A DNA stretch of 64,000 nucleotides, taken from the NCBI RefSeq assembly GCF_004010195.1, contig NC_057749.1, forward strand, positions 3,675,595-3,739,594, read 5' to 3'. This document shows, in pieces, positions 61,086-64,000 of the stretch; position 1 is the first letter of the stretch; each line of letters opens with the position of its first letter. The DNA comes from Chiloscyllium plagiosum (taxonomy: Eukaryota). The notes beneath the pieces are model-generated. The model had not been told where the DNA came from, did no database searches, and was given only the letters and a program-made list of their open reading frames with translations. The translations under genes and the position numbers were made by a program.

Positions 61086-61574
61086 CCCTGCCAACTGCCC
61101 CACAGTAGCATCACATTAAAGTTCTTTTTGAGTTCATTCATAACACTGCTTTTCATTTTGATGATTTTTGGGTTTGACCATTATAAGAAACTGAACATTG
61201 AGTGTTGCTGAAAAGGGCACAATTTGTTCAGTCAGCTCCCTCCTCATACATAATGGAATATGGTTTTCTCTTTACATTGGTAGTTTCTGTAAAGTGTTCT
61301 GATGAACGCAAGGTTAAAACTTTGATGGAACATGTCTTTTAGCTTGTCCACTACAATAGCTTAACGGCATCTAAAAGGAGACATGAAGTTGAGACGTATT
61401 CAAGCGTGTACAACTTCAAAAAGAAACACTTATTTATACGGCATGACAGGAGGCTGCTGATTGATTTGAGCTGTGGTTGGCATGGCGATGTAGTGGAAAC
61501 TATTAGTCGTCAGTCTTTACCCAGTTTGAGTTTAATCAGTTAACAGATCAACTTTGTTCACCCAGACATTGCAA

Positions 61575-62190
61575 TATTCAGACTACATTGTCACTCTAGA
61601 TCATGGGTGATCATCTCCTCAATGCCATTTTCTAACATCATTCCATATTCCCTAATGTCTCCAGTCTCCAAGAAAGCTATGGATCTCTGCCTTGAACCTG
61701 CTCAAGGCCTTTTTGGGTAGAGAATTCCAAAGCTTCAATCACCCTCTGAAAGAAGAACTTCCTCCTCAATCGCAGTCCTAAGGCAACCTCCTATTCTGAG
61801 ACCATGTATCCTAGTGCTAGAGTGAGTATCCAAACTGAATCATTCTGTCACGTTCTTCAAGAATGATTTAACTTTCAATGCAATCATGTCCCATTCTTCA
61901 AAACTCTAGGGAATACAGTCCCACTTTCCTTAATCTCTTCCCATAGGGCAATACTTCCACTCCAGAGATTATTTATGGCACTGTCCCTACGTCAGCTATA
62001 TCTTTCCTTGGATGAGGAGGCCAAAATTGTAAGCAATATTCCAGATAAATTCTTGCCAAAGTTGTATACAACTGTGGCATTACTTCTACAACTATACACA
62101 AATCCATTTGAAACAGAAGGGTCTGTTTCCGTGCTGTACATCTCTGACTCTAAATGCTGAAATACCGTATACCTTCTAATTGCTTGCATA
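61575..62190 (-). mobile_element. old CR1 LINE 3' fragment
   Basis: gggtagagaattccaaa..ttcaatcaccctctgaaagaagaacttcctcctca is the antisense of the FFSQRV.NLWN.LP-type coding segment. Confidence 0.6.
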
Positions 62191-62927
62191 TATGTTTCTG
62201 CTAGCTTTTCATAAAATCACAGATGTGTTACTGTGCAGAAATGACATGTCTTGCTCAGATGGGCTGGTTTTGAGTGGTTAACGCCTTGATGCTGGGCATA
62301 TTGGCTTGGGAAAGGACAGTGATGTTAGACAGTCGCCTCTTGTTACCTGAATTTGGAGAGTCTTGCAAAAGGCATCACTGGTGGGTCTTTGAGGTGCCTG
62401 CTGTAGGTTGTCCAAGGGTCTAATGCACATAACAACAGGGGGATCATTGCCGCCCAGTGTTTTGTTCTCTTCTGCACAGACCTGCAAAGTCCGTGTGTGC
62501 TTGTGAATCAGACATTAGTGTGCCAATCACCATGCATAGCTCCTCATCAGCTGTGCACAGAACTTGAAAGAAGTCTTACTGGCCATCAAAACAGAACAAT
62601 AAGTCTTTGGTTTGACACCCTGGTCCTCAAATATTCTTTTTTTCTCTCTTCTATTGATTGAAGATGGCATATTGGAAGCAATGATGAATTTGGTTGTCTG
62701 TTTTCATTCATTGAAGTTAGTCTCCCAGATTATGGAAACGGCCTGTATTTTCCAGGATGGTATCATTGATCTGAATTGATGGGTACAGGTACTTAGAGGA
62801 GGAACTTCGGCTTTCTGCATTTTTTTTTCTGAAAGGCTTATTTTTCTGTGCATTTCAGAGATGGGGTTGATGATGACCTGGAACTCTGTTTTCGAGTAAA
62901 CACCCAGACGAGAGTCAACCGGGTACT

Positions 62928-63660
62928 GGGTGGCAGGGTGAAATGTGATGAGGATGTTAGGAGATTACAGGGTGACCTGGACAAGTTAGGTGAGCGGTCA
63001 GATGCATGACAGATGCAGTTTAATGTGGATAAATGTATGGTTATTCACCTTGGTGGCAAGAACAGGAAGGCAGATTACTACCTAAATGGAATCAATTTAG
63101 GTAAAGGGGCAGTACAGAGAGATCTGGGTGTTCTTGTACACCAGTCAATGAAGGTAAGCATGCAAGTACAGCAAGTAGTGAAGAAGGCTAATAGCATGCT
63201 GGTCTTCATAACAAGAGGGATTGAATATAGAAGCAAAGAGGTTCTTCTGCAGCTGTACAGGGCTCTGGTGAGATCACACCTGGAGTACTGTGTGCAGTGC
63301 TGGTTTCCAAATTTGAGGAAAGACATTCTGGCTATTGAGGGAGTGCAGCGTAGGTTCACGAGGTCAATTCCTGGAAAAGCGGGATTACCTTACACTGAAA
63401 GACTGGAGCGACTGGGCTTGTATACCCTTGAGTTTAGAAGACTGAGAGGGAATCTGATTGAGACATATAAGATTACAGTCTCTGGATTCGTTTAAGAAAG
63501 AGTTGGATAGATCTCTCAAGGATAGTGGAATCAAGGGTTATGGAGATAAGGCAGGAACAGGATACTGATTAAGGATGATCAGCCATGATCAGATTGAATG
63601 GTGTTGCAGGCTCGAGAGGCAGAATGGCCTACTCCTGCACCTATTGTCTATTGTCTATTG
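62928..63660 (+). mobile_element. young CR1 LINE 3' fragment
   Basis: ORF 63013-63495: MQFNVDKCMVIHLG..LYRALVRSHLEYCVQCWFPNLRKD..LRGNLIETYKI; (CTATTGT)n tail. Confidence 0.92.
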
Positions 63661-63824
63661 AAGCCCTGTGACTGAGGCTGGAGTGACTTCAGTCTTTGTC
63701 TAACCAACCCAATTTTCAATCCAATGTGTAAGTTATCTCTGTGCCTTTTTGCTGGAGGTGAAACGCAGCAAAACGGATGGTTTTGGGGCATGGTCTTATT
63801 TGACCCCAGTCGGTGAGATGGACT

Positions 63825-64000
63825 CGGTGATATTATTCATTGCCCACACAAAGTGGGCTTTGTTGTCTTAGCCGTCTTTTTACTGCCCCATTCCTCATTG
63901 CTCAGAAAATAGTCAACCGCATTGATGTGGGTCTGGAGTCACATGTAGACTGAACCAGGTAAAGGCTGCAGTTTCATGAAGAAAGTAAGGTTTTTATGAC
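63825..64000 (-). mobile_element. tRNA-derived SINE (second family), runs off the window
   Basis: agtcaaccgcattgatgtgggtctggagtcacatgtag is the reverse complement of the family body. Confidence 0.7.

Noticed and set aside
60019-61156. Long minus-strand ORFs (up to 245 aa) rich in W/S/G/V; CRISPR-like periodicity
   Set aside because: They are translations of the 49-bp minisatellite cycling through frames. The variable parts are homologous to each other, not unique spacers, and there are no cas genes.

Overview
Vertebrate genomic DNA, very probably an elasmobranch (shark or ray). This is inferred from the HE1-type V-SINEs, HER1/CR1 LINEs and the general repeat landscape. The only host coding sequence I can support is two phase-1 exons of CD276 (B7-H3) on the + strand: IgV at 34860-35201 and IgC at 37067-37363. 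The signal-peptide, transmembrane and cytoplasmic exons were not found. The rest is intronic or flanking DNA packed with retroelement debris: CR1-clade LINEs, a Rex/Babar fragment, three SINE families, a probable solo LTR, a 49-bp minisatellite and four N-gaps. The most striking hidden structure is a set of short Penelope-like (GIY-YIG) retroelement insertions. They carry minimal hammerhead-ribozyme cores of at least four sequence families, with covarying stem II and palindromic ACGU/AGCU stem III. Many form fold-back 'inverted arm + ~35-nt tail' units bounded by 12-15 bp target-site duplications (TSDs). Also notable are recurrent antisense SINE-into-SINE insertions at one hotspot, a 623-bp tandem duplication with a 92-bp fold-back, and a 35-bp inverted templated filler. 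Repeat boundaries were read by eye and are approximate. Exon and TSD coordinates were counted base by base. No database search was run.
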